Shown here: one piece after another, positions 39,748 through 48,346 of the stretch
Numbering within the stretch: position 1 is the first letter of the stretch
Layout: the number at the start of each line of letters is the position of its first letter
Source of the DNA: an uncultured Verrucomicrobiota bacterium
GTDB taxonomy: Bacteria > Auribacterota > JABMQX01
Reading direction: 5' to 3'
Assembly: GCA_964640185.1 (NCBI GenBank)
Contig: CAZXGF010000007.1
Span: forward strand, 43,452 to 107,451
DNA: 64,000 nt
Program-made: the position numbers and the translations under genes
The notes under the pieces: generated by a model
Told to the model about the DNA's origin: nothing
The model's input: only the letters and a program-made list of their open reading frames with translations
The model's database searches: none

Positions 39748-40560
39748 TTAGCGAGGCGCCTCCGTCGTGTAGTGATGTTTGGCGAAGATGGCCCGCCCTT
39801 CTTCAGACAGGAGGAACTCCTGGAAGGCAGCAGCCTCTTTCGGATGCTTTGAAGAGCGCAGCACGGCGACCGGAACCGTCGAGACCACGTTCTTATCCTT
39901 CGGGATGGGAACGATCTCGCCCTCCTTCGGATAATGCGCGGCGATGGCGTCCCAGACAATGGTCGCGTCAATCTTACCCACTTTGATGTGCACGCCCAGC
40001 TCGTTTACCGTCAACGAACGAAAAACGACGTTCCTTTCGATGTCGCCCGGTTTGACGCGATTCCGTCGGAGAATCTCGGTTGTGACCCTCCCTACGGCGC
40101 AGGCTTTAGGGTCGCCAAAGCCAAGGCGAAGACCCTCTCGCGCGAGGTCTGCCACGCTGTGAATCTTTTTCGGGTTGCCTCTCCGAACGAGGATGACCGG
40201 AACGAAATAGCAAGCCTCCCGCGACGAGGCAATCAGCCCCTCGCCGTCTGCCTGCTGGACGTAGCGAACGTCGCCCGGCATGTAAAGGTCGCCCCGCTTC
40301 GTCAACTTTATCCGGCTAAGCAGGATGTTTGCGCCCGCATAATCCGGTTCGATAGTCACATTATTCTTCTTTTCGAAAGCTTCGATAATCTCAGCCACAG
40401 CGGGGCGAATTCCGGCGCCGCAGTACAGCAGAAGCTTTGGCTTCGTCGCCGATTTGCCTTGTCCATTCCCCTTCTCCCGATGACAACCCGCGCAGAGCAG
40501 ACCGCCCGCTGCTACGCTTCCAAGAAGAACAACTGTCAAGCATCGTCGTAAAAGAGCCAT
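39748..40560 (-). CDS. ModA-like molybdate/tungstate substrate-binding lipoprotein, copy 1
   Basis: Lipobox LLCAGC. Periplasmic-binding fold segments LLLYCGAGIRPAVAEIIEAFEKK.... Confidence 0.7.
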   Translation of the reverse strand: MALLRRCLTVVLLGSVAAGGLLCAGCHREKGNGQGKSATKPKLLLYCGAGIRPAVAEIIEAFEKKNNVTIEPDYAGANILLSRIKLTKRGDLYMPGDVRYVQQADGEGLIASSREACYFVPVILVRRGNPKKIHSVADLAREGLRLGFGDPKACAVGRVTTEILRRNRVKPGDIERNVVFRSLTVNELGVHIKVGKIDATIVWDAIAAHYPKEGEIVPIPKDKNVVSTVPVAVLRSSKHPKEAAAFQEFLLSEEGRAIFAKHHYTTEAPR

Positions 40561-40583
40561 TTCCTTTCCTACAACACTACCTG

Positions 40584-41378
40584 TCATTTTACATAACCAA
40601 ACTCCGCGAAAATCATCTTACCGTCGCTACGGCAGAAGTCGAGGAACTTCTCCACGAGCTGCCTCTTCTCGCTGTACTTCAGCCCGATGACCCACACGCC
40701 AATCACCTTGTCGTACTCGTAAGACGTGGGGACAATCTCTATCGCGTCGAGGAAGTTGTGAGCTATGCCGTTCCACATCACACCGGCGTCTCGCGTGCCA
40801 AGTTTGAGGGCGTTTCCGATGAGAGAATGGGTGCGAAAAAGCGCGTTGCCAGCGTTTTTGACCACAGGCTCCTTGATTCCCTTTTTCTCCAGCAGCGCGA
40901 AGAGCATCTCCCCGCACGTGGCGAATTCCGGGTTCGGCAGAGCCACCCTCACCCCCGGCTTGGCGAGGTCTTCGATGGATTTCACGCCAGCCGGGTTTCC
41001 CTTGCGAACAACAAGCACCGGCGCAACAAAGCCCACCTGCTCTGCCCTCAACAATGCTCCTGCTTCTCTCGTGTAATCAAGAAACGGATCGTGCGCCACA
41101 TACACATCGCCGGTCTTTCCGATTTTCACTTGCGGGAGAAGGTCCTCGCACTGGCCGAACGAGACGTAAACTTTGACGCCCGTTTTCTTCTCGAACGCCG
41201 TTACGAGCTTCTCCATCGGCGGCCGGAATGAGCCACCACAGAGGACGAGAATCTCCTGACGCCCTCCCTTTTCTTGGGCTGACTCGCCTTGCCGGCTGGC
41301 TGGCTCTTTTTTGGTTTCCTTACAGCCCGACGCCAGCACCGCCACAAGCACGGTCAACAGCATAACTCGCCACTTCAT
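40584..41378 (-). CDS. ModA-like substrate-binding lipoprotein, copy 2 (diverged paralog)
   Basis: Lipobox LASGC. ILVLCGGSFRPPMEKLVTAFEKKTGVKV... is collinear with copy 1. Confidence 0.7.
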   Translation of the reverse strand: MKWRVMLLTVLVAVLASGCKETKKEPASRQGESAQEKGGRQEILVLCGGSFRPPMEKLVTAFEKKTGVKVYVSFGQCEDLLPQVKIGKTGDVYVAHDPFLDYTREAGALLRAEQVGFVAPVLVVRKGNPAGVKSIEDLAKPGVRVALPNPEFATCGEMLFALLEKKGIKEPVVKNAGNALFRTHSLIGNALKLGTRDAGVMWNGIAHNFLDAIEIVPTSYEYDKVIGVWVIGLKYSEKRQLVEKFLDFCRSDGKMIFAEFGYVK

Positions 41379-42482
41379 TCAAGACTCCTTTCTCCTTTTG
41401 ATTATCATCAATCCAATGCCTACCACTATCACCGAGGCGATTCCAATCGCCGCCCCCCACCTTGCGAGCGTCGCCGTTCCGAAAAGCGGCGGCACTGTCC
41501 TATCCCGCCCGTCCTCGAGTTTTCGCCGAGGAACCTCCTGACAAGTTTCCTCCGAGTCATCAAAACCCAGGAGCACCGATTGCAGCGGCTCGAGCGTGAC
41601 CGGGGGGAGACTCGCGATAGCCCTCTCCCAGTCCCAGTCCGTCAGGAGGTCCATCCCCGCGCCCTGAAATCTGAGGTCGCAGGAGCAATCGCCGTTCATG
41701 ATGCCCACGCACTCGACGATGTTCCTGCGGGTGATTCCCTCGCCGATGCAAGCCGTGAGGACTCTGCCGCGGCCGCAAATCCCGAAAACCATGCATTGTT
41801 TCTTGTCCGGCGCCTCTTCCACAACGTCCAATAGCGAGCGGACGAGCCATTTTTCCCTCGCCCCTCCCCGAGAGAGCCGCACGAAGCCCACGTCGAGGCC
41901 GTACTCCCGCTTGCCCGTCGCCAGCACCCAGCGCACGTCCTCCCCGGCCTTTTTGTTTTCCTCGTGATCCGGCCCGGCGAGTAGAAACAATAGACCGCCT
42001 TTCCCTGCACACAGTTCGCGAGCGATACGGGTCTTCATCGGCGAATGAACGATCGCTTTCGCCGTGGGCAAATCCAGCCGCCCCCGAAATAGCACCGTGC
42101 CCCGGGGGCTGAGGATGAGATGGAAAGGCAGCTTGTCCGAGCGATGTTCGCTCAGGACCTCTCGGTCCTCCACCGCGACAGCCTCGCCAGTCACCGCACT
42201 TACCTCCGCGGCTCGGAAAGTAAGGTTAACGTGGCTGCCGAAACTGCTCCCTGCATCTTCGAGAAAGTCGTTCACCTTGCGGTCGCCGTCGTCCTCCTCG
42301 CCGCGATAGAAGTAGTACGTCCGATAAAAGTCTCTTTCCCACCTTTCAAGCATGTAACGATACACCGGTACGGCGCAAGCTCTTACCGGAGCAAACGGGG
42401 CAGACCCAACCGCCATGAGACACAGCGCGGCGACCAGGGCGCGGGGATTGACCGAAACGCCTTTTGGCAACTTGACAGTCAC
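41379..42482 (-). CDS. Exported hypothetical protein with C-terminal membrane anchor (unknown family)
   Basis: N-terminal signal peptide. Cys-rich segment CIGEGITRRNIVECVGIMNGDCSCD. C-terminal hydrophobic helix plus KRRKES. Embedded between two ABC systems on the same strand. Confidence 0.5.
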   Translation of the reverse strand: MTVKLPKGVSVNPRALVAALCLMAVGSAPFAPVRACAVPVYRYMLERWERDFYRTYYFYRGEEDDGDRKVNDFLEDAGSSFGSHVNLTFRAAEVSAVTGEAVAVEDREVLSEHRSDKLPFHLILSPRGTVLFRGRLDLPTAKAIVHSPMKTRIARELCAGKGGLLFLLAGPDHEENKKAGEDVRWVLATGKREYGLDVGFVRLSRGGAREKWLVRSLLDVVEEAPDKKQCMVFGICGRGRVLTACIGEGITRRNIVECVGIMNGDCSCDLRFQGAGMDLLTDWDWERAIASLPPVTLEPLQSVLLGFDDSEETCQEVPRRKLEDGRDRTVPPLFGTATLARWGAAIGIASVIVVGIGLMIIKRRKES

Positions 42483-42687
42483 GTACGCGATTCTCCCAAA
42501 CAGTCCCTTTCGATTAGCGACCGAACCCGCTCAGGCCGGAAAAACTCCCCGGCACAAGCCAGGGAAAAAAGGCACACTCACAAAAGCTGGCCTCCGAAAA
42601 GGTCTTGTGTCACACCGGTTTGTCCGCCCCGTACATTCCCGCGCCGGGGAAGAACTACGGGAGTCGGCCTCGGGCCGCGACACTTTT

Positions 42688-43380
42688 TCACGGGGTCGGA
42701 GGCTTCCGCCGATTCTCCTCGGGGAGCCGGATGCGCCCCCTGTGGAGCAGCACGACTCGTCCGGCATATTCCTCGGCGGATTCATCGTGCGTCACGAGAA
42801 GGACCGTCCCGCCAGCTTTGCGAAAATCGCTCAGATGCTCCAGCACCTCTGCGCCGTTTTCGGGATCGAGATTGCCGGTTGGCTCATCGGCGAGGACGAG
42901 GCTCGGCCGGTTGAGGAGCGCACGCGCAAGCGCGACCCGCTGCCGCTCGCCGGTGCTGAGCTGAGACGGGCGATGGTAAAGGCGCTCGGTCATCTGTAAC
43001 CGCTGCAATATGTCCGTCGCTTCCTTGTGAGCTGAACGCCTCGCTCCCGGAATCGTCGGAACGAGCACGTTTTCCAGCACGTCGAGGTACGGCAGCAGGT
43101 GAAACATCTGGAAGACAAAGCCGACATTCTCCGCGCGGAACGCCGCTCGCTCGCCGCCGGACATCTCGTACAGGTCCCTGCCTGCCACGACCACCTTGCC
43201 CCGCGTCGGCCTCACCAGCCCGCCGATTGTCAACAGCAGCGTTGACTTGCCGCTGCCGCTCGGGCCGCGAATGACGACGAACTCCCCGCGCGCTACGGAA
43301 AGATTGACGTCGTCGAGGGCACGGACATCGCCACCACGCCCGAGGTAGGTCTTGCTGACATTTTGTAGCTCAATCATCAT
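42688..43380 (-). CDS. ABC transporter ATP-binding protein (LolD/MacB family)
   Basis: Walker A GPSGSGKST, signature LSTGERQRVALARAL, Walker B LVLADEPTGNLD. Confidence 0.9.
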   Translation of the reverse strand: MMIELQNVSKTYLGRGGDVRALDDVNLSVARGEFVVIRGPSGSGKSTLLLTIGGLVRPTRGKVVVAGRDLYEMSGGERAAFRAENVGFVFQMFHLLPYLDVLENVLVPTIPGARRSAHKEATDILQRLQMTERLYHRPSQLSTGERQRVALARALLNRPSLVLADEPTGNLDPENGAEVLEHLSDFRKAGGTVLLVTHDESAEEYAGRVVLLHRGRIRLPEENRRKPPTP

Positions 43381-43383
43381 TTT

Positions 43384-44530
43384 CTATTCTTCCATCAGAG
43401 TCACTGCCGGGTCCTGCGTGACTGCGACAATCGCCGGCAGGTAGCTTGCAAGGGCACATATCGCCGGGGCGCCGACCGCAGACCAGCCCAGAAGACGAAA
43501 GACCGGCTCGATTTTACCGGCTGTCACTCGAAATATCTCCGGCCCGAACTGAAGCGCAAGCCCCGTTCCCACAGCGAAACCTATCGCGGCGCCGATTAGC
43601 CCGAGAAGAACCGCCTTTCCGAGAAAAAGCGAGGCGATTCGCCCTGACCCAAAGCCCAACGCCCGCAGAATGCCGATTTCCTGCCGGCGCTCTCGGACGT
43701 TGCTGAGCGACAACAGACCGACCCACACCGCGGATACAAGAAAAACCGTTGGAATAATGAACGCCGCGTACTTCTCAACCATCTTGCGGGTCTCCGCTCG
43801 CGCCACGGCTATCGAGCCTCGCTCCGTAACGTTCGTTTCCGGCAGCACTTCGGCTATGGTCTCGCGGACGTTGCCAAGCTGCGCTCCCTGGCAAAGACAC
43901 CGCAGCGCCTCGATGGCATTGATTTTCCCCGGCTTGCCCAAAACCTCCTGGACATCGTGCAAGTCTCCGTAGATGCGGATGTCGTCCTTGCTGCCTGTCT
44001 CCTGTAGACACCGTTCGACCACAAAATCTTTGCCGAGGAGGGTAATGGTGTCCCCCTCGTTGAGCTTCAAGACCCGAGCCAGTTCGAAGCCGACATAGAC
44101 TTTCCCTCTCGGAATACTGTAGCCCATGTCGGGCTTCTTTTCTTTCCCTCTGACGGGCGTTTCCGGCAGAACGCCGGTCAGGAGAACCTTCTGGTTGCTC
44201 AATGTGATTTTCTTTTGAAGGGTCGCCACAAGATGCCGGATGGTGATGATGCCTGAGTTTGCGAGCTTGTGCACGTAATCCTCCGACATCTCCTCCGTGG
44301 CAAAATCCTCGCTCCAGAAATCGGTCATGTTGGTGTTCTTCGGCACTATCAGGACGTTGAAGCCGAGGTCACGCATCAGCTGCACGGTCTCCCGTTCGGA
44401 AGCGTTGCTCATGGTCAGCACCGCCACAAACAGCGCCACCGCCGCTACGACCGACACAAGCCCCAGCAGAAAATTCAACTTCCTGTGGGCCATTTCTTTG
44501 AAAAGCAATCTCAGCATAGACATTCCTCGC
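43384..44530 (-). CDS. ABC transporter permease, FtsX/MacB-LolE family
   Basis: Start at ATG 44530 (MSMLRLLFKEMAHRKLNF) with a G-rich SD. 4-TM FtsX-type C-terminus. The longer 620-aa ORF is a read-through of upstream repeats. Confidence 0.8.
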
Positions 44531-44595
44531 CCCCTTTGCAGACGATAAACGCTTTCATCATAAGTATAGCCAAAAACGTTGCGAATTCCCATAAT

Positions 44596-45035
44596 AATAT
44601 TGATGTGGCTCCATTTCAGTGGCGGAACTGTCCTTGGACCTAACCCGTGCCGGAATCTCGACCCCATCCCAACACTCACCTTTACGAAGAGGAGAAAACG
44701 CCGGGCCATTCGAACTGGACTCGAGGAATCTTTCGAGTCGTGACGCACATATCTCGCCCTTTCAGGGCTCATCATTCTTGAACCGGGGCCCTTTCTCAGG
44801 GCGTTGCCCTGAGCTTTATTAAGTCTGCCCTTACAGGGCGACCCGAAAGCAATCTTCAGCCCTGAAAGGGCGCAATATTTTAGCCCAGGGCAACGCCCTG
44901 GGGAAATATCACGTGGTAAAATACAAAAGCCCTGAAGGGGCGTAATAGGCTCATCCCCAATACACGGTTCGCACCAGACACACGACAGCGGACCCGCGTG
45001 CCACTGAAATGGAGCCACACCCAATAATATGGATG
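44596..45035. repeat. Cluster of nested palindromes bounded by inverted copies of TGGCTCCATTTCAGTGG
   Basis: Inverted motif copies at 44603-44628 and 45003-45030. Inside: GCCCTTTCAGGGC / AGCCCTGAAAGGGC and the perfect palindromes CAGGGCGTTGCCCTG and CAGGGCAACGCCCTG. Confidence 0.6.
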
Positions 45036-45039
45036 AGAG

Positions 45040-45247
45040 TGTAACGCCTCCGTCTGGGGCGGGTACGGAGCTGCGGGCGAGAACAAGGGAAAAGGAGGGT
45101 AACGCAAAGGCGCAGAGTCGCAGAGAGGAGCATGAGAAGGACTCTGTCGTCGCCTGCCGTAGCATGGGCATCTTGCCCATGATTCCTCCACGGGTCCCCC
45201 GCCAGACGCGGGGGATGCCGCGTGGGCGACGGCTGTTCTTTTTCACC
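45040..45247 (-). repeat. R1 structured repeat, copy D (minus orientation, upstream of the minus-strand ABC operon)
   Basis: Hairpin 1 is extended (CCCCCGC-GTCTG-GCGGGGG). Hairpin 2 is CATGGGCAAGATGCCCATG. CT-rich tract follows. Confidence 0.8.
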
Positions 45248-45793
45248 TGAAAGGCGCAGCCCGAGCCGGCGTCCCGCGTCCCGCGGGATGTTCATGCTTT
45301 CGCATTGCTCTTGCCGCAAAGTCCCCCTATCGCACCCGCAACTGAGGGATTACAAAAAGAATCTTACGCTCGGGCGAGCGCTCCCCAATGGACCGGGGGC
45401 GACCGCAGCACACGTCGGCCCCGGCTCTCACACCAGAGGGAGAAAAGAATTTTTCGCTTGGGGGCGTAATGCCTATGCGATACGATAGGTGCGTTATGCA
45501 AAGAAGCCCCATTCAAAATCTGCCGGGTCACAGCACACCCAATAGCAATTCTGTCGAGCATCTATTCCATGACGAAGAGTGGCAGTTCGGGGGGGATGGC
45601 TAAATCCGGCACACCGCTGCTACCGGGGCGTACGCCCCTGGCGGCGCCGGAGCTCGGAATGCGATTCAGTTTGTTCCGCGGCTCGTGCAAAGGGGCCGCG
45701 ACGTGTGATTGACAACCGCGCTCCGCCGCAGAAAAGAGTTAGAATGGGAAATGCTGGCGTCGAGCTCGAAGACGTGGGAAAAGGAAACGAGAC

Positions 45794-48346
45794 GTGAAAC
45801 GTGCTGCTGTAGTCATCGCGTGGTTTCTGGTTGCCTTGGCGGCGGCATCCGGAGCTGAGCAGAAACCGCAGAAGCAAATTCTCACCTGGCGAGCTCTCCC
45901 CGACATGCCCCAGGCGGTATCCGGACATTTCGCCGGCGTGAGCAATAATGTGCTCATTGTCGCCGGTGGCGCTCACTTCCCTGTGCCGTTATTCGAAGGG
46001 GGCAAGAAGGTCTGGGTTGACACGGTCTTTGCGCTCAGAGCCGGCGCGGATGAATGGCAGACCTCACTCAAGCTGCACAATCCCCTCGCGTACGGTGCGA
46101 CGGCCGTCACCGACGACGGAATTGTCTGCATCGGCGGCGGCGACGCGGAGAGAAACTACGCTGAGGTGTTCCGGCTACAGTGGGTCAATGGGCAAATCCG
46201 CCGGACCCCTTTACCTGACCTGCCGAAGCCTTGTGCGATGTGCAGCGCAGCGGTGCTCGAGGATACAATATACGTCGCCGGTGGACAGGACTCGCCCAAG
46301 GCAACCGCCGCTATGAGAAATTTCTGGGCGCTGGACCTCTCAAAAGCTGAGCTCAAATGGGCTGTGCTTGAGCCCTGGCCCGGGGCGCCTCGTATCCTGC
46401 CAGCGGCCGCCGCGCAGGATGGCGCCTTCTATTTGGTCAGCGGCGCCGACCTCCTCGTCGGAGAAGACCGGGAAGTTTTCCGCCGATACCTGAACGACGC
46501 TTATCGTTTCCAGCCCGGGAAAGGGTGGGAGAGAATCGCCGATGTGCCAAGACCGACGGTGGCGGCGCCGGCAATAGCTTACGGTCCCTCTCACATCCTG
46601 GTCTTTGGCGGGGACGACGGCGAGAACGCCAGCCGAGTCTGGGAATTGAAGGAGAAACATCCGGGCTTTAGCCGCGACATTCTCGCCTACCACACCATTA
46701 CCGACACCTGGGCGAGGATGGGAACGTTGCCGGCTGGTCTGGTGACCACAAACGCCGTGCACTGGCGGGATGCCATCGTTATTCCCGGCGGAGAGGACCG
46801 GCCGGGACACCGCTCGGCTGAGGTTCTTGAGGGTCGCCGGTCAGAATCGAAAGCGCGTTTCGGCTTTCTCAACACAGCCGTTCTGCTCGTCTATCTTTCG
46901 GGGATTTTAGTGGTGGGCGTGTACTTCTCTCGGCGGGAAAAGAGCACCGCCGATTTCTTTCTTGCGGGGCGGCGTGTGCCCTGGTGGGCCGCGGGAGTGA
47001 GCATCTTCGGCACGCAACTCAGCGCGATCACCTTCATGGCCATCCCTGCCAAAGCCTATGCGACGAATTGGGTCTATTTCCTGGTCAACATGTGCATCAT
47101 CGCCATCGCCCCGGTTGTCGTTTTCTTTTACCTGCCGTTCTTCCGTCGGCTGGAGATCACCACAGCTTACGAATACCTGGAGAAACGTTTTCATCTTCAC
47201 GTGCGTCTGTTCGGGAGCGTGGCTTTCATACTGTTCCAATTGGGGCGAATGGGCATCGTGCTATTCCTGCCGGCGCTCGCTCTGTCAACGGTAACTGGGA
47301 TTAATATCTATACCGGCATTCTACTCATGGCGGTTTTGTGCACGTTTTACACCGTTCTGGGCGGAATCGAGGCTGTGATCTGGACCGATGTGTTGCAGGC
47401 CATGGTATTGCTTGGAGGCGCGTTGGTCAGCCTACTTATCATTTCAACGAGTCTTGACGGCGGCCTCCGTGGAATCATGGCCATCGGTCAGGCCAACCAC
47501 AAGTTTCATGCGTTCAACTGGACCTGGGATGTCACGATGGCGGCTGTTTGGATTGTCGTTATCGGCAATCTTTTTGCGACCCTTGTCCCCTACACGACGG
47601 ATCAGGCAGTGATTCAGCGCTACCTCACCACGCCGAACGAAAGGGACGCGGCTAAGTCCATCTGGACCAATGCGGTTCTCACGATTCCCGCGACTATCAT
47701 CTTCTTCGGAATCGGCACGGCCCTTTTCGCCTTCTACAAGGCTCGCCCAGACCTTCTCAACCCTGCGCTGCAAACGGACGCCATTTTCCCCTGGTTCATT
47801 GTGCAACAACTGCCGGTGGGCGTCTCGGGTCTGGTCATCGCGGGTCTATTTGCCGCGGCGATGTCCACTCTCGACAGCAGTATGAACAGTGTGGCAACGG
47901 CGATGGTGACCGATTTCTACCGCCGATTCAAGCCCCGCGCCGCGGACAACACTTGTCTGAGAATCGCTCGCGGCCTGACGGTCGTCCTGGGCACAGTGGC
48001 CGCCGCAACAGCACTTCTCATGGCAGCATACAAGATCAAATCGCTCTGGGACCTTTACTTAAGGTTGGTTGGGTTGCTGGGCGGGAGCCTGGCGGGCGTG
48101 TTCGCACTTGGCATCTTTACCCGACGGGCGCACGGGCGCGGCGCTCTGGCGGGAGCGGGCGCCAGCGTGATTGCTCTGTTCCTCGTGCAGCGATATACCC
48201 GACTTCACTTGTTCCTTTACGCGCCGGTGGGCATCATCTCGTGCTTCGTGGTCGGCTACCTTGCCAGCCTGCTGCTCCCCGCAGCTCCAAAACTACTGAA
48301 AGGATTAACAGTATTCACGATGAACAGCCGGAGGGACACGCAATGA
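45794..48346 (+). CDS. Fusion protein: N-terminal NanM-like Kelch beta-propeller (sialic acid mutarotase family) + C-terminal sodium:solute symporter (SSS)
   Basis: GTG start, signal peptide. The ~350-aa N-terminal region has Kelch-type repeats like YjhT/NanM. From ~residue 370 there is a 13-14-TM SSS core (LAGRRVPWWAAGVSIFGTQLSAITFMAIPA...). Confidence 0.75.
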   Translation: MKRAAVVIAWFLVALAAASGAEQKPQKQILTWRALPDMPQAVSGHFAGVSNNVLIVAGGAHFPVPLFEGGKKVWVDTVFALRAGADEWQTSLKLHNPLAYGATAVTDDGIVCIGGGDAERNYAEVFRLQWVNGQIRRTPLPDLPKPCAMCSAAVLEDTIYVAGGQDSPKATAAMRNFWALDLSKAELKWAVLEPWPGAPRILPAAAAQDGAFYLVSGADLLVGEDREVFRRYLNDAYRFQPGKGWERIADVPRPTVAAPAIAYGPSHILVFGGDDGENASRVWELKEKHPGFSRDILAYHTITDTWARMGTLPAGLVTTNAVHWRDAIVIPGGEDRPGHRSAEVLEGRRSESKARFGFLNTAVLLVYLSGILVVGVYFSRREKSTADFFLAGRRVPWWAAGVSIFGTQLSAITFMAIPAKAYATNWVYFLVNMCIIAIAPVVVFFYLPFFRRLEITTAYEYLEKRFHLHVRLFGSVAFILFQLGRMGIVLFLPALALSTVTGINIYTGILLMAVLCTFYTVLGGIEAVIWTDVLQAMVLLGGALVSLLIISTSLDGGLRGIMAIGQANHKFHAFNWTWDVTMAAVWIVVIGNLFATLVPYTTDQAVIQRYLTTPNERDAAKSIWTNAVLTIPATIIFFGIGTALFAFYKARPDLLNPALQTDAIFPWFIVQQLPVGVSGLVIAGLFAAAMSTLDSSMNSVATAMVTDFYRRFKPRAADNTCLRIARGLTVVLGTVAAATALLMAAYKIKSLWDLYLRLVGLLGGSLAGVFALGIFTRRAHGRGALAGAGASVIALFLVQRYTRLHLFLYAPVGIISCFVVGYLASLLLPAAPKLLKGLTVFTMNSRRDTQ

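Noticed and set aside
43384-45246. 620-aa ORF suggesting a much larger ABC permease
   Set aside because: The N-terminal 240 codons run through the palindrome cluster and R1-D and give low-complexity junk. A proper ATG with an SD at 44530 gives a normal 382-aa FtsX-type permease.
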